Source of the DNA: Candidatus Doudnabacteria bacterium | GTDB taxonomy: Bacteria; Patescibacteriota; Doudnabacteria; UBA920 | Reading direction: 5' to 3' | Assembly (NCBI GenBank): GCA_041389225.1 | Contig: JAWKSI010000001.1 | Location: 51,821 to 115,820, forward strand | DNA length: 64,000 nt | Shown: piece after piece, positions 18,553 through 28,283 of the stretch | Position numbering within the stretch: position 1 is the first letter of the stretch | Layout of the letters: every line of letters begins with the position of its first letter | Notes under the pieces: model-generated | The model's input: the letters and a program-made list of their open reading frames with translations, nothing else | Told to the model about the DNA's origin: nothing | The model's database searches: none | Translations under genes and position numbers: made by a program

Positions 18553-19731
18553 CTACTTTACTTTTTCTAATAAGTCTTCTGGGGTTCTAATCTTCCCAGT
18601 AACTAAATTGTTTAATAAATATTTTTTCTGTTCTTGCCAGAGGGTAAGTTTTTTCTGGAGAGCGGCGATCTCATCATCAGCAGAGGTGAGAATATCAGCG
18701 ATTGCTTTTTGTTCCCTTAGTTCTGGAACACTATATTTAATAGACAGAAGTTCTGACTTATTCAACTTTGCTCTTGTTCCTCCGTTCAAATACATCAAAA
18801 CATTTTTATGCACCGTTGAATAAAAAAGGAAATCTTGAGAATTTTTTTCATTCGCTTTAATAACATGCGCATGATTGTTAACCCATGATTTCCCATATAC
18901 ACGATAAGCGATTGGTCGATTTTGATATTCATCAAATTGACCTCCATCTTCTGCAACCAGAATAATATCTTCATCAAAAAGATAATCATTTACATAATCA
19001 ACGATATTATTTGCACCGCAGTATGGAATAATGCCTTGCATTCTCGATCTTTCGTCAGAGTTTAATGGAACTCTCTTTGCGTCTAAACAAATAGCAATAT
19101 CTTTAAGTTTTACCTCTTTCCACTCGTCACTAAACCCAGGTAAACGTTTTTTGCCTGTGAGGAGTTGTTGCATCAAACCCTTTTTGATATTTTTCTTTAA
19201 AGCAATTTTCTTTTTAAGTTTTTCAATAGCCTCATCCCATGTTTCGAGAACAGTAGCGATACGGTTTTGTTCAAGGAGAGGGGGAAATTTCATGGGGCAA
19301 GAAAGTATGTCATCTTTTCGTAAGTTTGTTTGATTTACCCCATCATCAAAAGAAAGGAAGTAGCGATTTCTGCTTAGAGCAAGATATAAGAACTTCCTTG
19401 ATACCCCCTTTGCCCTAAATCCTCCAATTCTTTGATTTAGAGTATAAGTATTGTCTTTATTGACATAAAAACACTTTGCTATAGCTTTCCCATTTGGGAC
19501 ATCACTCATTACCATTGCAATGTCTCCTTTTTTTAAAGGGACCAAAAACTTATTTGAGTATTTTTTTATTTTTCCATTAGATGAAATAAATTTTGAATTC
19601 ACAACTACATAATTTCCGTTTTCATCAATATCTTTTTCATGCCCTTTTCCATTGAAAAAGTCTACTACTTCTCTGAGTTGTTTTTTTACCCACCCATTAG
19701 GAATATTTTGTTGTTTATTTCTGGTCTTCAT
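18553..19731 (-). CDS. hsdS: Type I restriction-modification specificity subunit HsdS (two target-recognition domains)
   Basis: 392 aa. The central and C-terminal conserved coiled regions (LLEQNRIATVLE.., LREQKAIADILTSADDEI) are typical of HsdS. Confidence 0.8.
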   Translation of the reverse strand: MKTRNKQQNIPNGWVKKQLREVVDFFNGKGHEKDIDENGNYVVVNSKFISSNGKIKKYSNKFLVPLKKGDIAMVMSDVPNGKAIAKCFYVNKDNTYTLNQRIGGFRAKGVSRKFLYLALSRNRYFLSFDDGVNQTNLRKDDILSCPMKFPPLLEQNRIATVLETWDEAIEKLKKKIALKKNIKKGLMQQLLTGKKRLPGFSDEWKEVKLKDIAICLDAKRVPLNSDERSRMQGIIPYCGANNIVDYVNDYLFDEDIILVAEDGGQFDEYQNRPIAYRVYGKSWVNNHAHVIKANEKNSQDFLFYSTVHKNVLMYLNGGTRAKLNKSELLSIKYSVPELREQKAIADILTSADDEIAALQKKLTLWQEQKKYLLNNLVTGKIRTPEDLLEKVK

Positions 19732-20208
19732 TTAATTTCTTTTTGATTGAATTCCTTGTTCAACCACAGCTTCTATATTTCTCGCAATCCAGTTATATGC
19801 ATCAGACCCTGCGTCATACACAGAAATATATTCTGATAAATTTTTGCCATTCTTTAAGCCGATTTTTATAAACGGGTTAATGCCCTTGGAACATGTTCCT
19901 GTTCGTGGGTCCCTGAGATTATGAATGTATATTCCGACCAATCCTTTTTTACTATTCCATGCTTTTTCTATTTCATACTTTACCCACTTGCTTTTATGAG
20001 TCTCCGCTCCAATCAAAACAACAACACAAGAAGATTTTTCTATGTTTTCGTCAATCCACCGACGTATCGCCGCATCTCCACCTCTTTTAATTTCTTCCCA
20101 TCTATTTGGGGTGACGGGTTTATTAGCTTCAATAACACCTATGTTTCTAATTTGTTGTACTCTCATTACATCATTACGAAAATGAAAGCTGTAAAATATA
20201 TTCCTCAT
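19732..20208 (-). CDS. ThsB-like TIR-domain protein (DUF1863 / MTH538 TIR-like family), 158 aa
   Basis: NIFYSFHFRNDVMRVQQIRN...NRWEEIKRGGDAAIRRWIDENIEKSSCVVVLIGAETHKSKWVKYEIEKA...GLVGIYIHNLRD...SKGINPF aligns motif-by-motif with Thoeris ThsB-type proteins (VFFSFHY.D...RV..VRN, VLIG..T..R.WV.YEI.K, IGIHI...KD, KG.NPF). The gene is wedged between hsdM and hsdS, and its stop abuts the hsdS start. Confidence 0.75.
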   Translation of the reverse strand: MRNIFYSFHFRNDVMRVQQIRNIGVIEANKPVTPNRWEEIKRGGDAAIRRWIDENIEKSSCVVVLIGAETHKSKWVKYEIEKAWNSKKGLVGIYIHNLRDPRTGTCSKGINPFIKIGLKNGKNLSEYISVYDAGSDAYNWIARNIEAVVEQGIQSKRN

Positions 20209-20214
20209 AATTAA

Positions 20215-20612
20215 AATATACTAATTAATATTACTAATAAAATAGTGGGTATATAAAATAACTTTAAGGTATTGGACCACATGCAATACAAAATAGCAGT
20301 GTCACGCAATGAATTAAATTTAGAAACAGACATTGAATAATCTATAAGTGCTTCATCTTTGATATTTCTAACTTCATCATATAAATGCCTGTATTTGCGC
20401 TCTAAAGATAAAAATAAGCATCATGAATCCAAAATATCATGATTACCAAAATCAATATAATCTGCAATTCATTTCTACAAATTCTAAAAATGCTGCTGCT
20501 AACGCCACAACTAGTGTTATCATCCATCCTCTCAGGGTGAATAGATTATTTCCCATGCGAGAAATAACCTCTTGAATCATTTGCAAATGTGCAATCTTTT
20601 TGTTATCCGACA
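20215..20612 (-). pseudogene. small membrane protein gene (about 165 aa, two predicted TM segments) broken into three frames
   Basis: Minus-strand ATG at 20612 gives MSDNKKIAHLQMIQEVISRMGNNLFTLRGWMITLVVALAAAFLEFVEM. The reading continues in the other two frames as NELQIILILVIMIFWIHDAYFYL and ERKYRHLYDEVRNIKDEALIDYSMSVSKFNSLRDTAILYCMWSNTLKLFYIPTILLVILISIF. It lies directly upstream of the TIR gene. Confidence 0.4.
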
Positions 20613-20626
20613 TATTAATTTTTGAC

Positions 20627-22129
20627 TATTTAATACTCATAGCCTTTAAGTATTTTTTCATCTGTTCTTCAAGCTCTTTCAATTCTGGCTCAAGCTTCGA
20701 CAACTCCTGTAGTTTTGCTCCAATATCTACTGGTCTTCTTCAAGATATCGACATATCTTGTAATATTTAGATTAAAATCATTTTCTTTAATCTCTTTAAA
20801 CTTAACCACACGAGCAAACTTCTCGACATCTTTACGATCTTTGTAGCTTTTAAAGATTTTATCTATGTTTTCTTCGGTTAAAGTATTTTGAGCTTTCCCA
20901 GATTTATACTCTTTAGACGCCTCGATAAACATGACATCTTTTTTGCTCTCATTCTCTGCCCCTGCCTCACGAGATCTGTCTATCACCAAAATAGCTACAG
21001 GAATACCGGTAGTAGAGAATAGTCCTGCAGGCAGGCCAATAACAGCATCAATCAAGTTTTCTTCTAGTAACTGCTTTCTAATTTTCCCTTCAGCGCCACC
21101 TCTAAATAACACACCATGAGGCACTATAATAGCTCCACGACCTGTTTTAGGTTTTAAGGTTTCTACCATATGGCTGATAAAAGCATAGTCACCTTTGTCT
21201 TTAGGTGGCACTCCACGGTGAAAACGGTTAAATGGATCACCTTCGGCATTTTCGGCTCCCCATTTTTTTAGACTAAAAGGAGGATTAGCTACTGCAACAT
21301 CAAATTTAATTAATTTACCATTTTCTACTAGCAGTGGATTATTTAAAGTATCACCCCACTCAAGTCGGGCAGAGTCTTTGCCATGCAAGAACATGTTCAT
21401 ACGAGCTAGCTGGTAAGTAGAACCCGTGGATTCTTGTCCATATAAAGCGTAATCGTTTGACCCTTGAGATTCTACTTCTTCTCCTGCTAACAAAAGTAAA
21501 CCACCTGAGCCAACAGCGAAATCACAAATACGATCTCCAGGTTTTGGTTGAGCAAGTTTGGCCACCAATTTTGCAACATTCCTAACAGTAAAAAATTCTC
21601 CTGCCTTTTTTCCTGCGTCTGCACCAAATCGCTCGATCATATACATATAAGATTCGCCGAGAACATCCTCACCAACTTCAGACAAATCAATCTTATTAAA
21701 ATCCTGCATCAAGTGCCTGATCATTTTATTACGTTGATCAAGCTTGCCTAAGATTGACTCATTATTAAAGTCTACAGAAAAAATTCCTTCGAGCTTATCA
21801 CGATTCTCTTCTTCTATTTTATGAAGAGCTTTATTAATCTCTTCACCAATATTGTCAGATTCTATCTTTTCGTATAAAGCATCAAATGTAGCTTCTTCTG
21901 GAATATAAAAACGATCGAGTTTCATCTTTTCTTCGACACGCTTCTTATCACCCTGGTAACGCTCTACATACTCAGCCCTTTTTATTTTAGAAATGTCACT
22001 GACATATTTAAAGAAAAGCATTACTAATACATAATCTTTATACACTCCAGCATCAACAGATGTCCTAGAAGAATCCGCTGCCTGCCAAAGCACTTTATTT
22101 AATTCTGGTTGTGTTATTTTTTTAGACAT
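20627..22129 (-). CDS. hsdM: Type I R-M N6-adenine DNA methyltransferase HsdM. The annotated stop at 20690 is probably a 1-nt indel, and the reading continues to 20627 as ...ELEPELKELEEQMKKYLKAMSIK.
   Basis: N-terminal HsdM domain and NPPF motif (VAVANPPFSLKKW). A typical coiled C-terminus is recovered after a 1-nt correction near 20695. Confidence 0.9.
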
Positions 22130-22709
22130 TATTTTGTAGTTTAAGAAAAATGGTCTTTAGTATATCGCGTTTTAGCTGCTTTTGTTTGTCGTGGAGGTTT
22201 ATCTGCTTAATAACATTATTATACAAATCAACTATAGTTTTTTGTTGTTCTAGACTAGGTAATAAGATAGAAGTTTCACCTAAGACAGATTTAGATATGT
22301 GCATAATAGTACTTCCTCTGGCTTTTTGCATTATTTCTGATTGAAAAGCAGGTGAGTTTAAGTAAAAATTTAAGTACTCAGGATTAACCTTTTTGTCTTT
22401 GATTCTAATAATATACAAAGAGGAGTTTGCCATTGATTTTTGTTCGCTTTGAACCAGGGAAGATCTAAATTCTTTCCCGGGAGTACTGCGGGACAACATT
22501 AGAATATCATTCTGGTGTATCACTGCTGGAGACCTGGCTGGTAAACTTTCTAGCTTAGGTAAATTACTCAGCTCCGATATCTTGGTATTGCTTACAATGT
22601 CAGATGCTTGCACCACTGGATATTGGCCGTTTTCAGAGTAGTCCTTAATATAGATTGCTGCCCCAGATATAATATCGACAAGATCTTTTAACATAATATT
22701 TGAACTCAT
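22122..22709 (-). CDS. hsdS: half-size HsdS (single target-recognition domain), overlapping the hsdM start
   Basis: 195 aa. It has a TRD-like region and the conserved C-terminal helix (LEQQKTIVDLYNNVIKQINLHDKQKQLKRDIL). Confidence 0.6.
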   Translation of the reverse strand: MSSNIMLKDLVDIISGAAIYIKDYSENGQYPVVQASDIVSNTKISELSNLPKLESLPARSPAVIHQNDILMLSRSTPGKEFRSSLVQSEQKSMANSSLYIIRIKDKKVNPEYLNFYLNSPAFQSEIMQKARGSTIMHISKSVLGETSILLPSLEQQKTIVDLYNNVIKQINLHDKQKQLKRDILKTIFLKLQNNV

Positions 22710-22739
22710 ACAGACATTATACTAAGTTATAATTTTCTG

Positions 22740-23153
22740 TCAAATATTTTGATTATTTTTCTTAATCCCTGCAGCTTTAGCAATAATATCTGCCAAAGTA
22801 TGGGCTTCTTTTAGGTTTTCTGGGATTTCTTGTTCTTTTGAATAGACAATTCTAATGGTCTTATCACTACTATCTTTACTCGAGTAATGTTTATTATTAT
22901 GCTTTAATGCAAATTTTATTAAATCGCTCTTCCCTTCCTGTATCCCTTGTATCAGAGCATTTTCTGCAATATCCCCAATATTTTCTTTACCCTCTTTAAT
23001 TGCTTTATTAGTTTGAGCGGTAAACCGTTTACTAGATTTCCTTAATCTGTAATAGCTTGCCTTGCTGAATCCAGTCTTTTTACAGGAATACAAAACATTG
23101 CCAGTTTTTTCTAGCTCAGTTAAGAATCTTTGTTTTTGATCTTTAGAAATCAT
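22740..23153 (-). CDS. hypothetical protein with an N-terminal HTH (KKTGFSKASYYRLRK)
   Basis: ORF with an HTH-like motif. Its stop overlaps the start of the upstream methyltransferase. Confidence 0.4.
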   Translation of the reverse strand: MISKDQKQRFLTELEKTGNVLYSCKKTGFSKASYYRLRKSSKRFTAQTNKAIKEGKENIGDIAENALIQGIQEGKSDLIKFALKHNNKHYSSKDSSDKTIRIVYSKEQEIPENLKEAHTLADIIAKAAGIKKNNQNI

Positions 23154-23905
23154 TTTGTAAGAGATTGGTATCTATCGATAATTACTTGGCAGTAATTTAA
23201 GTCTATTTCAAAAGCAATACATTTCCTGCGTGTTTGCTCGCATGCAAGTAAAGTTGACCCAGAACCTGCAAACAAATCCAGTACTGTATCACCTATATTA
23301 CTACTATTTAAAATCATCTCTCTTAAAAGCGGTAGGGGCTTCATCGTTGGATGAAGTTTGCTTTTCTGCGGTTTTGGATAAAACAAAGCTGATTTACTTT
23401 TGGATTTATAAAATTTATGCCTGCCGTGCCAGCCGTAATAGATGAGTTAGTGCTGTGGTAAATAATCGAGTCGTCCTATCACTGGCTTATTTTTTACCCA
23501 GACAAGCATTTGCCCAAGTTTAATCTGTACTTTATCGCAAGCTTTCTTTAATGCAAAAATTAACTTATCTGAATTAAAAATATATATTGAATTATGTTCT
23601 GCAAAATATGGCGCAATGTTTTGCAGCCACCCAACAGAAAACTCCTTATAACTCTCTTCTGACTGCACTTCATCTCCAATTATTTCTGTATCATTACTTA
23701 ATTCTGCAAACTTGTATTTACTTTTTGTATAATCTACGCCGTAAGGCGGATCGGTGAGTAATAAATTAATTTTCTTTCCTGTTAATGCCTGATCCACCAA
23801 GTCTTTATCACGGCTATCACCGCAAACAAGAATATGACTACCAAGTTCGACTATACTGCCGTACTTAATTAAGTTTTTTGGCTTTTTGTCCTGTAAGTTC
23901 TTCAT
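23150..23905 (-). pseudogene. ParB-associated N6/N4 DNA methyltransferase (second copy) interrupted by an in-frame TAA at 23447-23449
   Basis: LLLTDPPYGV motif in the N-terminal part. HPTMKPLPLL and FAGSGST motifs in the C-terminal part. The two ORFs are in the same frame: ...DYLPQH*LIYYGWHGRHKFY.... Confidence 0.7.
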
Positions 23906-25129
23906 ATCTATTGATAATTAATTGTGTAAAGATAGGTGATTGCTCAATTACAAAAGCCTTTCGCTTTAATTGCTCGCAAGCAAGAAGCTCACTACCACTG
24001 CCTCCGAAACCGATAAAAATATTGTCTCCGGGTTTACTACGCCTCAGTAGTGGTCGTTCAAATAAAGACACGGGCTTCTGGGTTGGGTGCTCATAACTGC
24101 CCTGCGATTCTTTCGTCAACCAAATATCAATCATATCTTCAATGTTAGAAATGGTAGCATTACCAGTTCCAACATTGGATTTAATATCTCGTGGAAGTTT
24201 TTATGTTTATCAGATAAATATGGCTTCCCAAGAGTTCCATAAATTACTGGCTCATAGCACTTATTAAATCCAGATTTTGGAGTACAGTTGATCCCATTTT
24301 TGATCCAGACGCAAGTCCGCTTATAACTAATGCCTAGATTTTTATATATTGTTTGAACCAATCCTACGTTCCGCTGATCATTCCATATAAATATGTGAAC
24401 GTCGGGTTTTGTAATTTTAAGGCTAGTAGATATAGCTTTAGTTAAGAACTTCTCGTACTCATCACTCGACAAGTTATCGTTAAAATGTCCTCCATACTGA
24501 GATTTCCCAGATATTCCTTTATCATAATCCATGCAGATTCCATATGGCGGGTCACTAAGAATCATATCCATCTTTTCTCCGTTAGTTACTTTTAAAACAT
24601 CTGTTTCTTCAGTGCTGTCGCCGCAAAGTAGATAGTGATTTCCAAGTTTGAATAAATCCCCAGTTTTTATCTTTGTGTGTTTTGCCTGCTCTTCTTGCTG
24701 GGGCTTAATATCTAAATCTTCAAGAGAAATTTGGTTATCCCAAATATCACTTAACTCATTTTGACCAAACCCTATATCGAGCAACAAGTCTAAATCAAAT
24801 TCCTTCAAAAGCTCGTTGTTCCATGACCCAGTATTCTGGTTACTTCTAAGCAAATATTCTTCAAGCTCTGTTTTGTTCAGAAGACGACTTGGTACACGAA
24901 CTTCTATTTCTTCATCTGTTCTGCCAAGTAGCTTTAATATTTTGAGCCTTTGATGACCACTAATTACTGTGCCATCAAGATTAATAGCAATAAGCTCTAC
25001 ATAGTTAAACCGTTTAAAACTTTCAGTTAAGTGCTCTTTTTGAGTTTCGGACAAAGTCCTTGGATTTTTGTCGTAAGGAATTAAATCCTTAACTAGTCTT
25101 TTTTGCGTAGACCAAACTAAATTTTTCAT
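23865..25129 (-). CDS. ParB-like nuclease domain fused to an N6/N4 DNA methyltransferase, split by a frameshift at an A5 run (about 24196-24200)
   Basis: N-terminal ParB-like region (LIPYDKNPRTLSE), MTase motifs ILSDPPYGI, EHPTQKPV and FIGFGGSGS. Reading A5 as A6 gives the continuous ...DKHKKLPRDIKSNVGTGNATISNIEDMIDIWL.... Confidence 0.75.
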
Positions 25130-26109
25130 AGTATTGCTTTTTAATTGTCTAGTATAATTTCAGCAGACATATTAGCGTTACCTCAAAAGGAGTTTAGAAA
25201 ATAAAAAACTGCTTTTTTAAAAGCAGCTTTGTTTGTTATCCACTCCGAATAATTACAGCTCCGGAGTTTTATTTAAATTTAAAGTTATACGAACTATTTA
25301 TTCTATAACCAAGACCGGGTTGAGATTCAACTAAATTAATAGTAGTATCTAATTCTCTACGCACCTTTTTATTAATATTGCTATACCTTTTCTAAAGGCC
25401 TTCGCTTGAAGCATACGATCCAGGTGCTACTATTAATTGTTCTGAAGTTCTATATTTTATATCTTCAGATAAAGCTTTCAAAGCCATTACGCCCTTATTA
25501 GTTAAATTTATTTGCTTATCATTACCTAAATGTAGTGTCCTTGACCGTATATCTAAGAAAATAGATTTTTGATTTATTACACGCCACTATTCTGTTGCTC
25601 AAAAGTTCGATAATTCTTTGATTTTGTTTTGTATTTATAATCTATGCTTCTTGTCTACTAGATTCGTTTAAGCGTGTAGTAATATTTTTTAAAGGTTTAA
25701 CAATATGACTAAAATCGGTAATTCGTCTTAAACTCTGAGAAAGCTCATTAATTGAATTTAAAAACGGCAAGTTAAAATCAGATTTTCTCACCTCGCTCTA
25801 TTCGTTTACTTATAGATTTTTATTTTCAAGCTTTACTTTCATACTATAATTATACCGTAAAATTAAACTTAAAATCATGGAAATTAGCCAAAAAACCATA
25901 GATAGACTTCATAAATATTTCTTAAAAACCTATGGGGTGGATATGACAGAAGAAGAAACGAGAGAATCAGCTGAAAGTCTAATAGGGGCTTTTTCTCTAC
26001 TAATAGAGATGGATCAAAAGGAAAACCAAAAGCAACAAATGAATAGTAATCAAAATAACAAATAACTGTTATAATGATATAAAATTACTTAATTTTATTA
26101 AAAAATCCT

Positions 26110-26729
26110 ATGAAAAATGAAATAGAAGCAACTTTTCTATCGGTAGACAAAGATGATATGAGAGAAAAGTTTAAAGTAACGGCTATACCCTAAAAACTCC
26201 AGAGTATATGATGCGACGAAAGACTTTTGATTTCTCCAAAGTCTCCCCTGGTAAAAATAAATGGGGTCGAGTTAGAACAGAATCGGATAAAACTACAATG
26301 ACAATTAAAGAAATTACTGGTGACGGTGTAAATGATACCTATGAAGTAGAATTAGTGGTTAACGATTTTGATACTGCCACAGAATTCTTTGAAGCATGTA
26401 ACATTCACCCTAAATCTTTTCAAGAAAATATGAGAGAAGTCTGGGTTAAAGATAATATCGAAGCTACCATAGATATGGCCAGGTCTAAATCCTTTTGTTG
26501 AATTTAGAGACCATAGATGAATCAGCTCAAAACAGCAAGTAAAGAACTTGAGTTTAATTATGATGAGGCTCTATTTGGTAGTATTGATTTAGTATATGAA
26601 AAAGAACTGGAATTCCAGCTGCGGAAATTATCAAACTCCCAGAAATTACATTCGACAAAGTCCCTCAAAAATAAAAAAACGAGCCGTGGAAATAAATTCC
26701 GCGGCTCTTTAGTTTGTAATTTGAATTAA
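26110..26729 (+). pseudogene. CYTH-like (class IV adenylate cyclase / triphosphate tunnel family) gene fragmented into about 3 pieces
   Basis: The N-terminus MKNEIEATFLSVDKDDMREKFKV carries the CYTH EIE..F signature. It continues in the 26208..26501 ORF after a stop/frameshift, and possibly in 26517..26729. Confidence 0.4.
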
Positions 26730-26757
26730 AGTGTCCTTAATTGGTGGGTATTTATAC

Positions 26758-27705
26758 TCACCAGGCTCTTCCATGCACCATCCCTCCACATTTGTCCAGA
26801 GCCCTGCAATTGAAATTGCAGAATGGTGTCACCGTTAACCGAAGAGAGGTCTTAGATAAAAGCCTTTTGACCTCAATTTCTCCGATTTGACCCTGCAAAG
26901 CAGTCTTTAAACTGTCAGGTTTGCCGAAATGAGTTGGAAGGAAGAAACCAATATCCCTTCTTAAATAACAGAAGTATAAATTTAAGTATGGGTCAACCCT
27001 AGCGTAATCACCAAAACCCTCCTCACAAACTTCTGTATACTGACAAGTCGAGCAAGGATGGTTTGAGCGATCCAGTTTGTCACCAAGCTTTACCTCGACT
27101 AAGCCCCCGCCCAGTAAATGGAACCTTAACCTTTTTCTTCCCAATTGCTTTCTTACCCTTTCAATCTCTATCGTTCTTGGCAAGACCATATTTTTAACAA
27201 CTGGTCGCCAATCTTGATAATGAGGTTTTATGGGTTTGGTCACTTTCAGGGGTCCATAACAAAGTGAACAGTTTAAGGCGACACTTATACTCTTCCAAAA
27301 GATAACTGTTCTGGAATGTCAGAAGTATAACCTTTTAGCAAAACTCGGTTAAAATCAATTTTAATACCCAGATTCAGGGCTTTTTTTACCCCAGATATAA
27401 ATTGATCGTAGTCTCCATGACCACCAGAAATCTCTTTGAAGACTATTGGATTAGTCGAATGCCAACTAGTCCGTATAAAGGACAAGCCTGCGACGGAAAG
27501 CTGTTTTCAAATCCGCCTAACAATTGTCCGTTAGTAGTCATTGAAACTTTAAACCCTTTATCAACCAAACAGTGAACAACATCATTGATTCGATACTTGC
27601 CATCCCTCCACAATAGCGGTTCAAGAGCACCGATTTCCAAGTTTCGATTCCCCCTATACTAATCCACTCATCAGCGATACTCAAGATGTTACCAAATGAC
27701 AGTGG
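26758..27705 (-). pseudogene. radical-SAM-like enzyme remnants (at least 3 frame-broken pieces). The canonical CxxxCxxC region is missing.
   Basis: Motif EPLLWRDGKYRINDVVHCLVDKGFKVSMTTNGQLL. Cys-rich C-terminal fragment (CSTCQYTEVCEEGFG..., FCNFNCRALDKCGG). Confidence 0.45.
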
Positions 27706-27707
27706 TT

Positions 27708-28270
27708 TCATGATCCCCCTCCTACTTTTGAAATATAACCCAGAATCTTCTCTAGCGTTTGTTCTTTTGAATCACTACTGGTATCCAAAGTGATCAAGTC
27801 CATGTCCAAAAACTTTTGAACCTCGTCAAGAAAACCACTGTTGTTTTCAAGCTTCACATCACTTTTCTTTTCCAATCTATTTCTAATCCGAGCATCCCGC
27901 ACACCGGAATCACAGGTTAACAAAAATGAATAGTCGGGTTTTATAATGTTCGACTCATCGTGAATTAATTTTATCCTGCGATCCAGTACTAAATGGTATG
28001 CCATTGTAGAAGATATGTACCTATCAGAAACAACAGAATTTCTTTTCAGAAATTTCTGAATCTGAGAACTATCATGGTCAATAGCTAACCTGTAAAAGCA
28101 ATACCTCTGAATAGGAGTGGCTGTGTTTTCAACTTCTTGCGAAACTGAGCAAAACTATCAGAAGGTGATTTGTAGCATATATAACCACATCTCTCAGCCA
28201 ACAATTCAGTTATTGTAGTTTTACCTACACCATCGACTCCGTCTATAGAAATAAACAAGTTCTTTTTCCA
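27708..28270 (-). pseudogene. thymidylate (dNMP) kinase-like gene split in two (P-loop N-terminus and lid/C-terminus)
   Basis: ISIDGVDGVGKTT P-loop in 28085..28345. The C-terminal fragment 27708..28004 reads ...DYSFLLTCDSGVRDARIRNR.... Confidence 0.5.
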
Positions 28271-28283
28271 CAATACACCTCCG

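Noticed and set aside
12677-25129. Alternative genetic code (UGA recoding, as in some CPR lineages) as the explanation for the interrupted genes
   Set aside because: Most interruptions are frameshifts, and the one in-frame stop is TAA, not TGA. Translating through the hsdM TGA gives an implausible C-terminus. Long genes elsewhere (clpC, recG, uvrD) are intact under code 11 and use TGA, TAA and TAG as stops.
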